A stretch of 64,000 bases of DNA from Nitrosopumilus sp. (GTDB lineage: Archaea > Thermoproteota > Nitrososphaeria > Nitrososphaerales > Nitrosopumilaceae). A program made the position numbers and the translations under genes. The stretch spans positions 800,001-864,000 of the forward strand of contig OZ245003.1 in NCBI GenBank assembly GCA_965223425.1, given 5' to 3'. Positions 1-10,197 of this stretch are shown here, piece after piece. The stretch's first letter is position 1, and each line of letters starts with the position of its first letter. The notes under the pieces are model-generated. The model was not told the DNA's origin, made no database searches, and was given only the letters and a program-made list of their open reading frames with translations.

Positions 1-442
1 ATAACTCACAAACCTGCACATTCACCCGGATGTCGCCACGGTTACAAAATTTACAAATCAAAACATCCGACATTCTGAAGAGCTGTTAAACTTATGACCT
101 TGGATATTTGGGGATTGAAAAGGACCCTCCAAAACAGACCAGCATTTTGCCATACAGAAAAAAGAAAGGAAAAAAGCTAACTGATTCTCAGAAAGAGCGG
201 AACAAATCTCAAGCTAAAATTAGAATCAGGATAGAGAGCATGTCATTGCACAAATCAAAAAATTCAGAATTGGTGCAGATACGTTTAGGAACAGATTGTG
301 TCGTTATGACACCATTAGCGAGATAGTTTGCGGAATTGTTAATTTCAAGATACGGTGGAAGCAAAAGCTTGCTGTGATTCCATAAAATCAAAAACTATCG
401 AGTGAAAGATGGGATTTTGATTGTAATTGCGCAACTCATCTA
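1..442 (+). pseudogene. IS5-family (ISL2/DDE_Tnp_4-like) transposase 3' remnant with element right end
   Basis: Frameshifted fragments read HSPGCRHGY..., GIEK...LPYRKKKGKKLT...RIRIE. Positions 74-442 are near-identical to 57005-57373. Confidence 0.8.
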
Positions 443-474
443 TAGTTAATAACCTGTATTTGCTGATAGAAAGT

Positions 475-687
475 GTGAGTCAGACGCATGACGATGCAAA
501 AATATTATACAAAGGCACTATTGAGGATGATTTGTTGATTATGGATGTTGAAGTTACAACAAAACCTACAAAAATAAATGAATCTGACAAGATATTTTCA
601 TTAGGAATTCCGGATAATGAATCCATAGAAGACTTTGAAGAAGATATGGAACAATTAACTCGTAATAGTAACAAAGACTTTGAGTGA
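475..687 (+). CDS. small acidic protein, putative antitoxin of the downstream PemK/MazF toxin
   Basis: The ORF-track start at 427 lies inside the IS end, so GTG at 475 is more plausible. Acidic C-terminus; stop overlaps the toxin start (GTGA). Confidence 0.5.
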   Translation: MSQTHDDAKILYKGTIEDDLLIMDVEVTTKPTKINESDKIFSLGIPDNESIEDFEEDMEQLTRNSNKDFE

Positions 688-1058
688 CAAAATTGATTGA
701 TCTGAATGATGTGCATCCAAAAGATATCATTTTAGCCGATCCGGAATATCCTGATCAAAAAGAGAGAAAAGTCAGGCCCTTGCTAGTAATTTCGAAATCC
801 CATTTTCAACAAAATTCTGGATACTGTGTTTGTGTTGGACTAACTTCTAATAAAAATAACGACCCCTATGCAATTCCATATGGGATGGAAGATGTTCGGA
901 TTGGAAGATTAAACCGTGATGGAAATATCATGTGCAAACGCTTCGTAACTTTGCGAAGTGATAAAGTTAAAGAGAAGATTGGAACACAAATCAAAGATGA
1001 AATTTACCAAAGAGTCATAGCAAAAATTGAGGATGAAATAATTGAAACACATCCATAA
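684..1058 (+). CDS. PemK/MazF-family endoribonuclease toxin
   Basis: DIILADPEYPDQKERKVRPLLVIS...CVGLTS matches the MazF/PemK pattern (K.RP.lViS, p/gLTS). Confidence 0.85.
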   Translation: MTKLIDLNDVHPKDIILADPEYPDQKERKVRPLLVISKSHFQQNSGYCVCVGLTSNKNNDPYAIPYGMEDVRIGRLNRDGNIMCKRFVTLRSDKVKEKIGTQIKDEIYQRVIAKIEDEIIETHP

Positions 1059-1092
1059 AAGAGTCCATTATGATGGAGATGGTGTATGAGCC

Positions 1093-1530
1093 ATGACAGA
1101 GAGTGGTACTCGTAATTCTTTTGAGATAATCAAAGAACCATGGAATCTGTATCAAATTTCTGATAATTCTTTTCTTAGGGCTAGAACTATACTCAAAAAA
1201 ATTGAACGGATTACAAATGATAATAAAAATATTTTTGGGATTGACGCACAAACTATAACTGCAGTTGATGTGGATTCTTCTTTGAGAGAAACTCCATCTG
1301 TAAAGCCTGTATCCAAACACGAACTAGAGAGGTATGTTGAAGAAGACGATATGAATTATGATACATTGTTTCAAGAAGCTACTCAATATAGGTTAGATGA
1401 TGGGACAAAAATCAAGATTTTCACTAGTATAACAAAAATATCTAGAACGAGCCTGAGAGATGCCAGAGGTGATCCTGTCTACAATACAATCTTTTCATCA
1501 GGTGTAAAGATAGAATCTCCTGATCAATAG
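1093..1530 (+). CDS. hypothetical protein with two internal repeats
   Basis: The halves resemble each other: FEIIKEPWNLYQISDNSFLR versus YDTLFQEATQYRLDDGTKIK. Confidence 0.7.
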   Translation: MTESGTRNSFEIIKEPWNLYQISDNSFLRARTILKKIERITNDNKNIFGIDAQTITAVDVDSSLRETPSVKPVSKHELERYVEEDDMNYDTLFQEATQYRLDDGTKIKIFTSITKISRTSLRDARGDPVYNTIFSSGVKIESPDQ

Positions 1531-1763
1531 TCAAGTCCTGATAAAAAATTATGTTTATCAGCTAGTGACAAAAAACTCCAACTAGAATATATAATTAGCA
1601 CCATAAAATCTTCAGTTCTATTGTACGGAAAGTCAGTCCGCCCAGAATTCGAAGAACGATAACGGACTATTTTAGACTGCATCGATCACGAAAAATCATG
1701 CAAAAAAGACTGACAGAACAGTCCAGGCAGTACCTGATCAGACAGCACAAGAATGGAGCAATG

Positions 1764-1964
1764 GGTTCTGGTAAATTCTAGTGATCTGATAGGGGTTGTC
1801 GCCAAATTCACATCAAGCTGCCACCACCACCACCACCACAACATTCCGCCTTGCGGCACAGAACCCACACCTCCCTGATCAATATGCGTGAAAAATTACC
1901 AAATTAGATCATTTGGTCGAATTTGGCGACAACCCCGATCTGATCACTCAAATTTACCAGAACC
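1764..1964. mobile_element. MITE (201 bp) with 46-bp imperfect TIRs starting GGTTCTGG
   Basis: 1764-1809 is the reverse complement of 1919-1964 with 4 mismatches. No clear TSD. Confidence 0.75.
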
Positions 1965-2219
1965 ACTTGCAGTTTCCGGGATGTTTGCCGGATCCTGTGT
2001 TTTTGTTGTTGGTTTTTCTAATTTTACTCGCTGTTTCATTTTATCAACCTCCATGTTGATCTGTTTTTTGTTGTTTGCAGTGTCCGCATGCTGTATTTTC
2101 TGAAAAAATATTTTCCTGAACTGTTTTTTTGCCTTGTCCCACATGTATGCAGGATTGGCATTTGGTTTGCGCCAATACAGAACGGGTTTGAACCATTTGT
2201 TCTGTCAGGAAAAAACGTT

Positions 2220-2491
2220 TCAGTCATTGCCGTATACTGACTTGTGGTCGCATACCCTGAGAAACTCTATCGTATCACTACTCCAGTCAATGTTGTATAT
2301 TACTCTGTATTTGTTTCCAATATTGTATGCAAATACCCTTTTGCCTTGTTTGTATCTCCCCAACCAGCCGGATTTTCAGAGTTTCTCAGTTCTTGTATTG
2401 CCTGATTTATCCTTTGCTTGGTTTGAGTGTCAAGGTTTTTGTATTGTTTTTTGAATTTGGTTTCTGTCTTGATTTCCCATCGGATTGCCAT
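2220..2491 (-). pseudogene. RelE/ParE-family toxin, frameshifted
   Basis: MAIRWEIKTETKFKKQYKNL...ENPA, then a shifted frame gives LGRYKQGKRVFAYNIGNKYRVIYNIDWSSDTIEFLRVCDHKSVY. Frameshift near 2363. Confidence 0.75.
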
Positions 2492-2493
2492 AC

Positions 2494-2625
2494 TTACTCG
2501 TTGAGCCACTTGATGAATTCATCTGAAGTTTTGAATGTTTTCTTGTCATCGTCATTTGCATAGAACTCATCAATATCTGCAATCTCTTCAGGAGTCAGAT
2601 CATCGGCTTGCTTTGTTTCATACAT
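2494..2625 (-). CDS. 43-aa acidic putative antitoxin (not in ORF track)
   Basis: Translates to MYETKQADDLTPEEIADIDEFYANDDDKKTFKTSDEFIKWLNE and ends 2 nt before the RelE start. Confidence 0.6.
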   Translation of the reverse strand: MYETKQADDLTPEEIADIDEFYANDDDKKTFKTSDEFIKWLNE

Positions 2626-2659
2626 GTCCTTTCTGTTTTCTGCATCCTAAAAAATGTTA

Positions 2660-2928
2660 GGAGTCAAGAATTCCTGCGAGTTCCCGCCTTATCTTCTTGA
2701 GTGCCTTTTTGTGCCTTCTTAGGCGCATAGTCCTGCGCGACTCCCAGGATTCTCCACGCGTCATGTATTATCTTGGCGGGGTGTTTTGTCATGGCATCGG
2801 AGATTATCAAGCGCGCCATACTGTAACAGGTTCTGGAAGATTTTGGTGATCAGATCACTAGAATTTACCAGAACCTCCAGAACCATGTCGCAGGAGATGT
2901 CGATTCAGATCGTATGAATCTTGACTCC
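2660..2928. mobile_element. degenerate small element (TIR GGAGTCAAGA) containing a 47-bp hairpin made of two MITE ends (2829-2875)
   Basis: 2660-2669 and 2919-2928 are inverted repeats. 2849-2875 is the exact reverse complement of 1764-1790. Confidence 0.5.
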
Positions 2929-2982
2929 CCTGTCTCTTAAAACCAGATTTGTCCAAGCCAATGACGATGCTTTAGAACAACC

Positions 2983-3441
2983 ATGCTATCTGATAACGGC
3001 TCGTGTTTTGTAGGACAAAACGGCAGGAAAAAAGCAAAAGAAAAGGGAACATGGGTGCCTACTCTCTTTGAGGAGGAACTGCTTGCGCGTGACATTATCC
3101 TGATAAACCCCAGGCCGTACCGCCCGCAAGGCCCATACGGGTACAGGGGTTGTTCCATCACCACAACTACGACGAGGTGGTTATCATGTGTTCAAACAAA
3201 CGGCAAATTGGAGTGCTTCCACAGGAGCCTAGAAGATAAGATATGGTACTATGACAGTCTGAGGGAATACGTTGACTTGCAATGAGAGAAGACTGCACTT
3301 TTCACTGGACATTGACAACTGTGAGACGCCGCTCATGGCCTTTAGAAACAAAAAAGTATCAGAAGCGATCAGGAAAGGTGATCCAAAATGGATGGAGAGG
3401 GATGCCGATGACTAGCGGATCGACTTTCCATATATATTACA
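2983..3441 (+). pseudogene. IS481-family transposase (rve core) remnant
   Basis: LSDNGSCF, RPYRPQ...TNGKLECFHRSLED, then a shifted frame gives RLHFSLDIDNCETP. The segment ends in ...ACA. Confidence 0.75.
3130..3195 (-). mobile_element. 66-bp IS110 left-end derivative inserted in frame, CAA/TTG repeated at both junctions
   Basis: The reverse complement matches 50533-50598 colinearly (first 33 nt identical, 7 mismatches in 66). It splits the PQ|TNGK motif. Confidence 0.75.
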
Positions 3442-3649
3442 AATAACAATAATTGCAGTTGCAATTGCACCTGCTAGAAACAAATTAACTTTCAATTCAT
3501 GATTTTTTGAAACACATTTCCAAATCATATCTTTGTCTATGGGTTCTTTTGTAATTGCTATTGCAAAACATCTAGCCTCACAAGGTTCTGTATGGCTAAT
3601 GCCTAGAATTTAGCTCTAGCTATTTAGCTATGCCTATTTTTCCTCATGT

Positions 3650-3660
3650 ATTTATAATAT
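3650..3660 (+). promoter_or_regulatory. TATA box of the suf operon (probably leaderless)
   Basis: TTTATAAT lies about 21-28 nt upstream of the sufB ATG. Confidence 0.45.
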
Positions 3661-3678
3661 AACGGGGTTATTTTCCTC

Positions 3679-5079
3679 ATGGCAACTGAAAACCTTGACA
3701 TGGACTATTCAAAATATGATTTTAAAGACTCTACAGAAATGTATGTTCACCTTAGCAAGAAAGGTCTGAGTAAGGAAACTGTAATTGGTATCAGTAAAAT
3801 GAAAGATGAGCCACAGTGGATGCTTGATTTTAGATTACGTTCTTATGAAATTTTTATGCAAAAACCAATGCCAACCTGGGGTGGAGATCTTAGCGTAATT
3901 GACTTCCAAAATATTTACTATTATGCAAAAGCATCTGAGAAGACAGAAAAGAACTGGGATGATGTTCCAGAGGATGTCAAAAACACTTTTGATAAACTTG
4001 GAATTCCAGAAGCTGAAAAGAAATTCTTAGCAGGTGTCGGTGCACAATACGAATCTGAGGTTGTGTATCACAATTTGAGAGAAGACCTGCAAAAACAAGG
4101 CGTCTTGTTTTTAGATACTGACTCAGCTCTAAAGGAACAGCCCGAAATTTTTAAGAAATATTTTGGTAAGATTATTCCTCCAGAGGATAACAAATTTGCG
4201 GCGCTAAACAGTGCAGTATGGAGTGGCGGCTCATTCATCTATGTTCCGCCGGGCGTCAAAGTTGACATGCCACTGCAAGCATACTTTAGAATTAACGCAG
4301 AAAACATTGGCCAATTTGAAAGAACGCTGATCATTGTAGATGAAGGTGCAGAAGTGCATTACATTGAAGGATGTACTGCCCCTGTTTACTCTTCGGAATC
4401 ACTTCATTCTGCCGTTGTAGAACTAGTTGCACATAAAGATGCAAAATTAAGATACACAACTATTCAAAACTGGAGTAACGATGTTTACAATCTTGTAACC
4501 AAACGTGCCTATGCATATGAAGGCGCAGCAGTCGAATGGATTGATGGAAACATTGGAAGCAAGCTAACCATGAAATATCCTGGCGTCTATCTTATGGGCG
4601 AAAGGGCATATGGTGAGACACTGTCTATTGCCTTTGCAGGTAAAGGACAACACCAAGATACGGGCGCAAAAATGGTTCATCTTGCACCAAACACCACGTC
4701 AAAGATTACCTCAAAGTCAGTTAGCAGACTAGATGGACGTTCCACTTACAGAGGATTAATCAATGTAGCAAAAGGCGCCACAAATGTAAAATCCACTGTA
4801 AGATGCGATGCATTGCTCTTAGATGACACGTCAAAGACTGACACCTATCCATACATGGAAATCAATCAAGAAGACGCGACAATCACCCATGAAGCAACAG
4901 TTGGCAAGATTGGCGATGAGCAAATCTTCTATCTCATGAGCAGAGGATTTAACGAAGAAGAGGCATTATCGTTAATTGTAAATGGCTTCATGGAGCCATT
5001 CACAAAAGAATTGCCAATGGAATATGCCGTTGAATTAAACAGACTCATCAAGCTGGAAATGGATGATTCAGTGGGATAG
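3679..5079 (+). CDS. sufB: Fe-S cluster assembly protein SufB
   Basis: [57 protein letters not shown]. Confidence 0.97.
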   Translation: MATENLDMDYSKYDFKDSTEMYVHLSKKGLSKETVIGISKMKDEPQWMLDFRLRSYEIFMQKPMPTWGGDLSVIDFQNIYYYAKASEKTEKNWDDVPEDVKNTFDKLGIPEAEKKFLAGVGAQYESEVVYHNLREDLQKQGVLFLDTDSALKEQPEIFKKYFGKIIPPEDNKFAALNSAVWSGGSFIYVPPGVKVDMPLQAYFRINAENIGQFERTLIIVDEGAEVHYIEGCTAPVYSSESLHSAVVELVAHKDAKLRYTTIQNWSNDVYNLVTKRAYAYEGAAVEWIDGNIGSKLTMKYPGVYLMGERAYGETLSIAFAGKGQHQDTGAKMVHLAPNTTSKITSKSVSRLDGRSTYRGLINVAKGATNVKSTVRCDALLLDDTSKTDTYPYMEINQEDATITHEATVGKIGDEQIFYLMSRGFNEEEALSLIVNGFMEPFTKELPMEYAVELNRLIKLEMDDSVG

Positions 5080-5104
5080 ACTCCCAATCTCATTTTGATT
5101 AACA

Positions 5105-6505
5105 ATGTCTCAAGAAACCCTGTCAAAACTTGATAAAAGCCACATCGATGAGATCTCTTCGTCAAGAAACGAACCTGGTTGGCTAAAAGACTACAGAACT
5201 GATTCCCTATCTGTATATGATAGCCTTCCAATCGAGATGTCTCCTCTTTACAACAAATACACCGATGCAAAAAAGATGGATCCTGAAAAAGTCTCCTTAT
5301 CTACATCAACTACAGAAACAGTCCCGAGTTTTCTTGAGAAAAGGCTGGGCGAGCTAGAAAATGAGATGTGCATTATTCAAATCGGAACCAACATACACAA
5401 AATCAACATCTCTGATGAGCTGAAATCCCAAGGGCTCGTAGTCTCTTCCATATCTGATGCAATTCAAAACAATCCTGAACTTGTAAAAAAGGCACTTGAA
5501 TCTTCAAATTCAAAAGATGACAAGTTTACAGCATTAAACAATGCTGCCTTTAACTCAGGAATGTTTATCCACATTCCACGTAATCTTGTAGTTGACAAAC
5601 CAATCCATCTCTTGACATGCCTGTCTGAGGACGGCCTTTCCACAATTTCCAGAAACGTAATTTTTGCTGATGAGAGCAGCAAAGCTACGATTGTACAGGA
5701 ACTGTATTCCCCAAATACTGATTCACAACAGGCATATCTTGAATTGCTGCATACCAATCTTGCAGCAAATGCGCAATTGGATATTACTACTTTACAAATG
5801 ATGGATCAGCATGCAGTAAACTTTTCAACAAGACGAACAGACTTGGCACAAGATGCCAAAGTAAACTGGTATTCTGGGCTGTTTGGCTCCATGCTGTCCA
5901 GATACAAGATTGATTATTTCTTGAACAGCCCCGGTGCATCATCCAATGACTCTGAAGTAATCTTTGGAAATAACGATCAATCGTTTGATATTCAAACTAA
6001 CGTGAACCATGAAGATCGTGAAACGGAAGGAAGAGTAGTAGAAAAATCAATACTTCGAGACAAATCCAAATCCCTTTTCAAAGGAATGATTAGAATCAAA
6101 GAAAACGCATCAAAATCAAACTCATTTCTGTCTGGCCGCTCTATTCTTTTGGATAAAGATGCAAAATCTGACGCAATCCCCGGATTGGAGATTTTCACAA
6201 ATGACGTAAAGGCCACACATTCTGCATCTGTTGCCCAAATTGATGAAGAACAGATCTTCTATCTCAACAGCAGATGTCTTAGTCATGAAGAGGCTGAAAG
6301 AACAATTGTTGAGGGCTTCTTAGAGCCACTTTCTAGAAAAATGTCTTTTCAGGTACGAGCTTGGATTGCATATCTTATTGAATCTAAATGGGACAACCGC
6401 GAACTGACAATCAACACTGATGAGGAATTAGCAAAATTAGTTGAAGTTGAAGAGACACGCTATAACGAAGACTCTGAAATCGAGCAGCACTACAAGTATC
6501 GGTGA
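5105..6505 (+). CDS. sufD: Fe-S cluster assembly protein SufD
   Basis: SufBD fold motifs FKGMIRI, PGLEIFTNDVKATHSASV, IDEEQIFYL; follows sufB. Confidence 0.92.
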   Translation: MSQETLSKLDKSHIDEISSSRNEPGWLKDYRTDSLSVYDSLPIEMSPLYNKYTDAKKMDPEKVSLSTSTTETVPSFLEKRLGELENEMCIIQIGTNIHKINISDELKSQGLVVSSISDAIQNNPELVKKALESSNSKDDKFTALNNAAFNSGMFIHIPRNLVVDKPIHLLTCLSEDGLSTISRNVIFADESSKATIVQELYSPNTDSQQAYLELLHTNLAANAQLDITTLQMMDQHAVNFSTRRTDLAQDAKVNWYSGLFGSMLSRYKIDYFLNSPGASSNDSEVIFGNNDQSFDIQTNVNHEDRETEGRVVEKSILRDKSKSLFKGMIRIKENASKSNSFLSGRSILLDKDAKSDAIPGLEIFTNDVKATHSASVAQIDEEQIFYLNSRCLSHEEAERTIVEGFLEPLSRKMSFQVRAWIAYLIESKWDNRELTINTDEELAKLVEVEETRYNEDSEIEQHYKYR

Positions 6506-6819
6506 TCTTTCTGGCTGAATGGATAAAGGCTTGCAGTCTAGAGCAGGTAAAAGAAGGCCAACTTTTTGGTTTTACACACGATGAAAAGAGAATCCTCATA
6601 GCTAATCTCAAAGGAAAAATTCATGCCACTGATCTTATTTGTACTCACGCTGATGCAGATCTTTCCACTGGGTTTCTCAGTGAAGAGGGCATAAGATGTC
6701 CATTGCATCTCTCTGTTTTTAACTTGGAGAATGGAAAGCCGCAGAATCTTCCAGCTGAAACACCTCTTACAGTATACAATGTTAAAATAGACGACAAGGA
6801 AATTTACGTGGAGATTTAA
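6502..6819 (+). CDS. Rieske [2Fe-2S] ferredoxin
   Basis: CTH...CPLH Rieske motifs. Confidence 0.92.
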   Translation: MIFLAEWIKACSLEQVKEGQLFGFTHDEKRILIANLKGKIHATDLICTHADADLSTGFLSEEGIRCPLHLSVFNLENGKPQNLPAETPLTVYNVKIDDKEIYVEI

Positions 6820-6822
6820 GAC

Positions 6823-8067
6823 ATGCAAAGCACGCAATCTATTTTTGAAAATCTGAAAAAAGACTTTCCAATACTGCAAAGAACCGTAAGGGATAACAAA
6901 CCCCTTGTTTACCTTGATAATGCATCTACAACACAAAAACCAAACCAGGTTATTGACTCCATTAGTGCTTATTATCGAAACTGTAATGCTAACATTCACC
7001 GAGCAGTTTATGCCCTAGCTGAAGAGGCCACTGAGGCATATGAAAAAACCCGTGACAAAACTGCAAATTTTGTCAACATCAAAGACAGGCGGGAAATTAT
7101 CTTTGTTAGGGGAACTACTGAGGCAATCAATCTTGTTGCGTATGCGTGGGGAAGACCCCACATCAAAGAAGGCGACATTGTTGTGACTACTGAATATGAA
7201 CATCACAGCAACATTGTACCGTGGCAGCTTCTCACTCAAGAGAAGGGTGCAAAATTAGAATACATTGGAATGGATGATAACGGGGAGTTAATTTTAGATG
7301 ATCTTGACAAATATCTTGCGACAGGCAAAGTCAAACTCGTAACCTTTAGTTTAATGTCAAATGTTCTTGGAACGATTACGGACGCTGCCAAAATTATTGA
7401 AAAATGCAAAGCAGCAGGCGTTCTGACTTTGGTTGACGGTGCTCAGGCAGTTCCTCACATGAGAGTTGATCTTGAAGAACTGGGATGCGACTTTTTCGCA
7501 TTTTCTGGGCATAAAATGCTAGGCCCGACAGGAATTGGTGTTTTGTGGGTTAGAAAACCAGTCTTAGAAACTATGAGTCCGTTTCATGGCGGCGGTGACA
7601 TGATTAGAGAGGTCCACAAGTATGAGACCACTTGGAATGATTTGCCATACAAATTTGAAGCAGGAACCCCCAATATTGCTGATGTCGTAGGACTTGGCGC
7701 TGCCATTGACTATCTTGCAAACATTGGAATGGAAAATGTCCGGGAACATGAAATTGAATTAACAAAATATGCCATAGACAAACTATCTAAAGTCAAGGGG
7801 CTCCACATCTATGGCACAAAGGATCTTTCAAAACGTGGTGGCGTAATTTCATTTAATTTCGCAGATGTTCATCCTCATGATGTCGCACAGATTATTGACG
7901 AAGAGGGAATCGCGGTTCGTTCTGGTCACCATTGTGCACAGGTGTTGATGGAACGGCTAAACGTTGCTGCAACATCAAGGGCTAGTTTTTACATTTACAA
8001 TACTAAGGAAGATGTTGATGTTCTGATCAATTCATTAAACACCGTGGCAAGGGTGTTCAAATTATGA
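6823..8067 (+). CDS. sufS: cysteine desulfurase SufS (group II)
   Basis: YLDNASTTQKP, EHHSN, FSGHKMLGPTG, RSGHHCA. Confidence 0.96.
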   Translation: MQSTQSIFENLKKDFPILQRTVRDNKPLVYLDNASTTQKPNQVIDSISAYYRNCNANIHRAVYALAEEATEAYEKTRDKTANFVNIKDRREIIFVRGTTEAINLVAYAWGRPHIKEGDIVVTTEYEHHSNIVPWQLLTQEKGAKLEYIGMDDNGELILDDLDKYLATGKVKLVTFSLMSNVLGTITDAAKIIEKCKAAGVLTLVDGAQAVPHMRVDLEELGCDFFAFSGHKMLGPTGIGVLWVRKPVLETMSPFHGGGDMIREVHKYETTWNDLPYKFEAGTPNIADVVGLGAAIDYLANIGMENVREHEIELTKYAIDKLSKVKGLHIYGTKDLSKRGGVISFNFADVHPHDVAQIIDEEGIAVRSGHHCAQVLMERLNVAATSRASFYIYNTKEDVDVLINSLNTVARVFKL

Positions 8068-8507
8068 GTGGCAATGCTGACATTTATCATGAAATGATTG
8101 TTGATTATTCAAGAAATCCTGTAAACTATGGAAAGATTGAAGATCATGATGTAACTTTCCATGATTCAAATCCACTGTGTGGTGACAGTATTGACATTGA
8201 TATGAAAATTGATGATGACAAAGTCACTGATATCAAATTCCATGGAAAAGGATGCGCAATTTGCATGGCTTGCTCTTCTGTTTTAACTGAAATAACAAAA
8301 GGCAAAAATCTTGAAGAGGTAAGAAACTTGGAAAAAAACGACGTATTAAGTGAATTAGGCCTTGAGCATCTCCAAGCTGTTCGAATAAAATGTGCCCTGC
8401 TGTCTCTCAAAGTACTCAAATCTGCCCTTTACACCTATCTTGGAAAACATTTGAAAGATTCCCAAGATGTGGACAAACTAAAAGAAGAGGCAGCAAACCT
8501 GTACTAG
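8064..8507 (+). CDS. sufU: SufU/IscU-type scaffold
   Basis: NPLCGD, GCAIC, RIKCALL. Confidence 0.88.
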   Translation: MSGNADIYHEMIVDYSRNPVNYGKIEDHDVTFHDSNPLCGDSIDIDMKIDDDKVTDIKFHGKGCAICMACSSVLTEITKGKNLEEVRNLEKNDVLSELGLEHLQAVRIKCALLSLKVLKSALYTYLGKHLKDSQDVDKLKEEAANLY

Positions 8508-8508
8508 C

Positions 8509-8856
8509 ATGAGTGATTATACTCCTACAACTCCAGTTGCACTCCAAATCAGAAAAATAATTTTTGAAAAATTCAATGATGTTGATGCTAGATTTTCAAA
8601 TGACGAAATTTTTGACATACTAAAACAAACTGGCGACATTAATCCCTCCTGGATAGTTGATGACGTTGAGTCTTTTTTCAATGATATCTGTGATTCGGGT
8701 CTTGTAAGAAACATTGCACAGAACTTTACCACAATTTGGCTAAAGCTATTTGATCCTGTTGAAAAGCTTCACTGCAATGCTTGTAATCAAGATATCCATC
8801 TTGGAATCTCCGAAGAGAGGGCCTGTCCTAACCCTTCCTGTAAATCTTCTATTTAG
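8509..8856 (+). CDS. conserved hypothetical protein (wHTH-like with C-terminal Zn ribbon)
   Basis: CNAC...CPNPSC; co-oriented with the suf genes. Confidence 0.7.
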   Translation: MSDYTPTTPVALQIRKIIFEKFNDVDARFSNDEIFDILKQTGDINPSWIVDDVESFFNDICDSGLVRNIAQNFTTIWLKLFDPVEKLHCNACNQDIHLGISEERACPNPSCKSSI

Positions 8857-10075
8857 TTCTGTATTTTTTTGCAGTTTCTTCAAGTGCGTTAATCATTGGT
8901 AATTTCTCCCCTGTAAGATAAAGTACCAGTGCCCCTCCTGCAGTACTAATGTGGTTGATTTTGCCTGCTAGTCCTTGTTGCCTTAATGCTGTAGTCAAGT
9001 GTCCCCCGCTTACAATTGTTGTTGCCATCGAGTTTGCAACTGCTTCAAGTAATTCTTTTGTCCCATAGCTGAAATTTTCTTTTTCAAAAAATCCTGCAGG
9101 TCCGCTGATAAACACTGTTCCTGCGCCAGAAATTAGTTTTGAGTAATACTCTATGGTTTTTGGACCTAAATCAAAAATTTTATCCCCTTTGCCAATTTCT
9201 CTTACGTCCATTTCTACCCTTTCTCCATCCTTGTCAATTGCAATATCTACTGGCGTTGCAAAAACGTCTGGATATTCTCCAATCAAAGCATGTGCTTTAG
9301 ATACTACCTCCTCTTCTCTTTTTATGCCAAGAGAGGATTTGATCCTGGCTTGTGCACGCATAAACACATTTCCGATTAATCCAGTTAAGAGAATGTGATC
9401 TGCACGACCATTCTGAATCAATAATTTGATTGCTTCAAGCCTATCTGGTATTTTTGCGCCTCCCAGTACAATAACGTGCGGTGCCTTGGCAACAGTCATT
9501 ATCTCATCTAGGTTTTGAACCTCTCTTTGAACAATCCTCCCTGCACATGCTGGCAAGACTTGCGGAAATCCAATAATTGATGGATGTGATCTGTGTGCGC
9601 TTGGAAATGAATCCAATACACAAAGATCAAATAATTTGGATAGACGGCTGACCATAATTGTTTTGGCAGCATTTTCTGGTGAAAACTCGTAATTTTCTTC
9701 AGCGCATAATCGGAGATTGTCCAAAAGTAGAATATCCCCGTCTTCTAGACTCTTGATTGCGTTTTGTGCAGCCTCCCCAATTACGTCTTCTACATATTTT
9801 ATTTTTTTATTCATTAATTTTTCAAGAACTTTTGCATGTTTGTCCATTCCAGTATAGTCCTTATTTCCGACTCTGCCTTGGTGTGAAGCTATCACTACTC
9901 TTGCATCTTTTAGTGACTCTAAAGTTTCAACTGCCTCTTCAATCCTTTTTGTACCCAAAATTTCCATTGTCTCTGGATCAATTGGACAATTCATGTCAAT
10001 TCTCAGAAAAACAGTCTTACCCTTTAGGTCAAAATCGTCTAATGTGAGTGCCTTCACGCCCTTTCTATTATGCAC
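8849..10075 (-). CDS. pgk: phosphoglycerate kinase (archaeal type)
   Basis: RIDMNCP, SHQGR, LLDNLR, AHRSHPS, VLGGAK, HISTAGGA. Confidence 0.95.
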   Translation of the reverse strand: MHNRKGVKALTLDDFDLKGKTVFLRIDMNCPIDPETMEILGTKRIEEAVETLESLKDARVVIASHQGRVGNKDYTGMDKHAKVLEKLMNKKIKYVEDVIGEAAQNAIKSLEDGDILLLDNLRLCAEENYEFSPENAAKTIMVSRLSKLFDLCVLDSFPSAHRSHPSIIGFPQVLPACAGRIVQREVQNLDEIMTVAKAPHVIVLGGAKIPDRLEAIKLLIQNGRADHILLTGLIGNVFMRAQARIKSSLGIKREEEVVSKAHALIGEYPDVFATPVDIAIDKDGERVEMDVREIGKGDKIFDLGPKTIEYYSKLISGAGTVFISGPAGFFEKENFSYGTKELLEAVANSMATTIVSGGHLTTALRQQGLAGKINHISTAGGALVLYLTGEKLPMINALEETAKKYRTK

Positions 10076-10197
10076 TTGGTTAAATTCTTTGAGCCGATCA
10101 GAATTATTTTCCTAAATCTTAATTCTAAACAATGATTTACAGTTTGAAAATTATCTATTAACAAAAATTAAAAGCTACGCCCCTGAGGCTTAATTAA

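Noticed and set aside
3679-8507. Absence of sufC as an anomaly, or a functional link between suf and dnd
   Set aside because: sufC can lie elsewhere in the genome, and dnd has its own desulfurase; proximity alone is not evidence.
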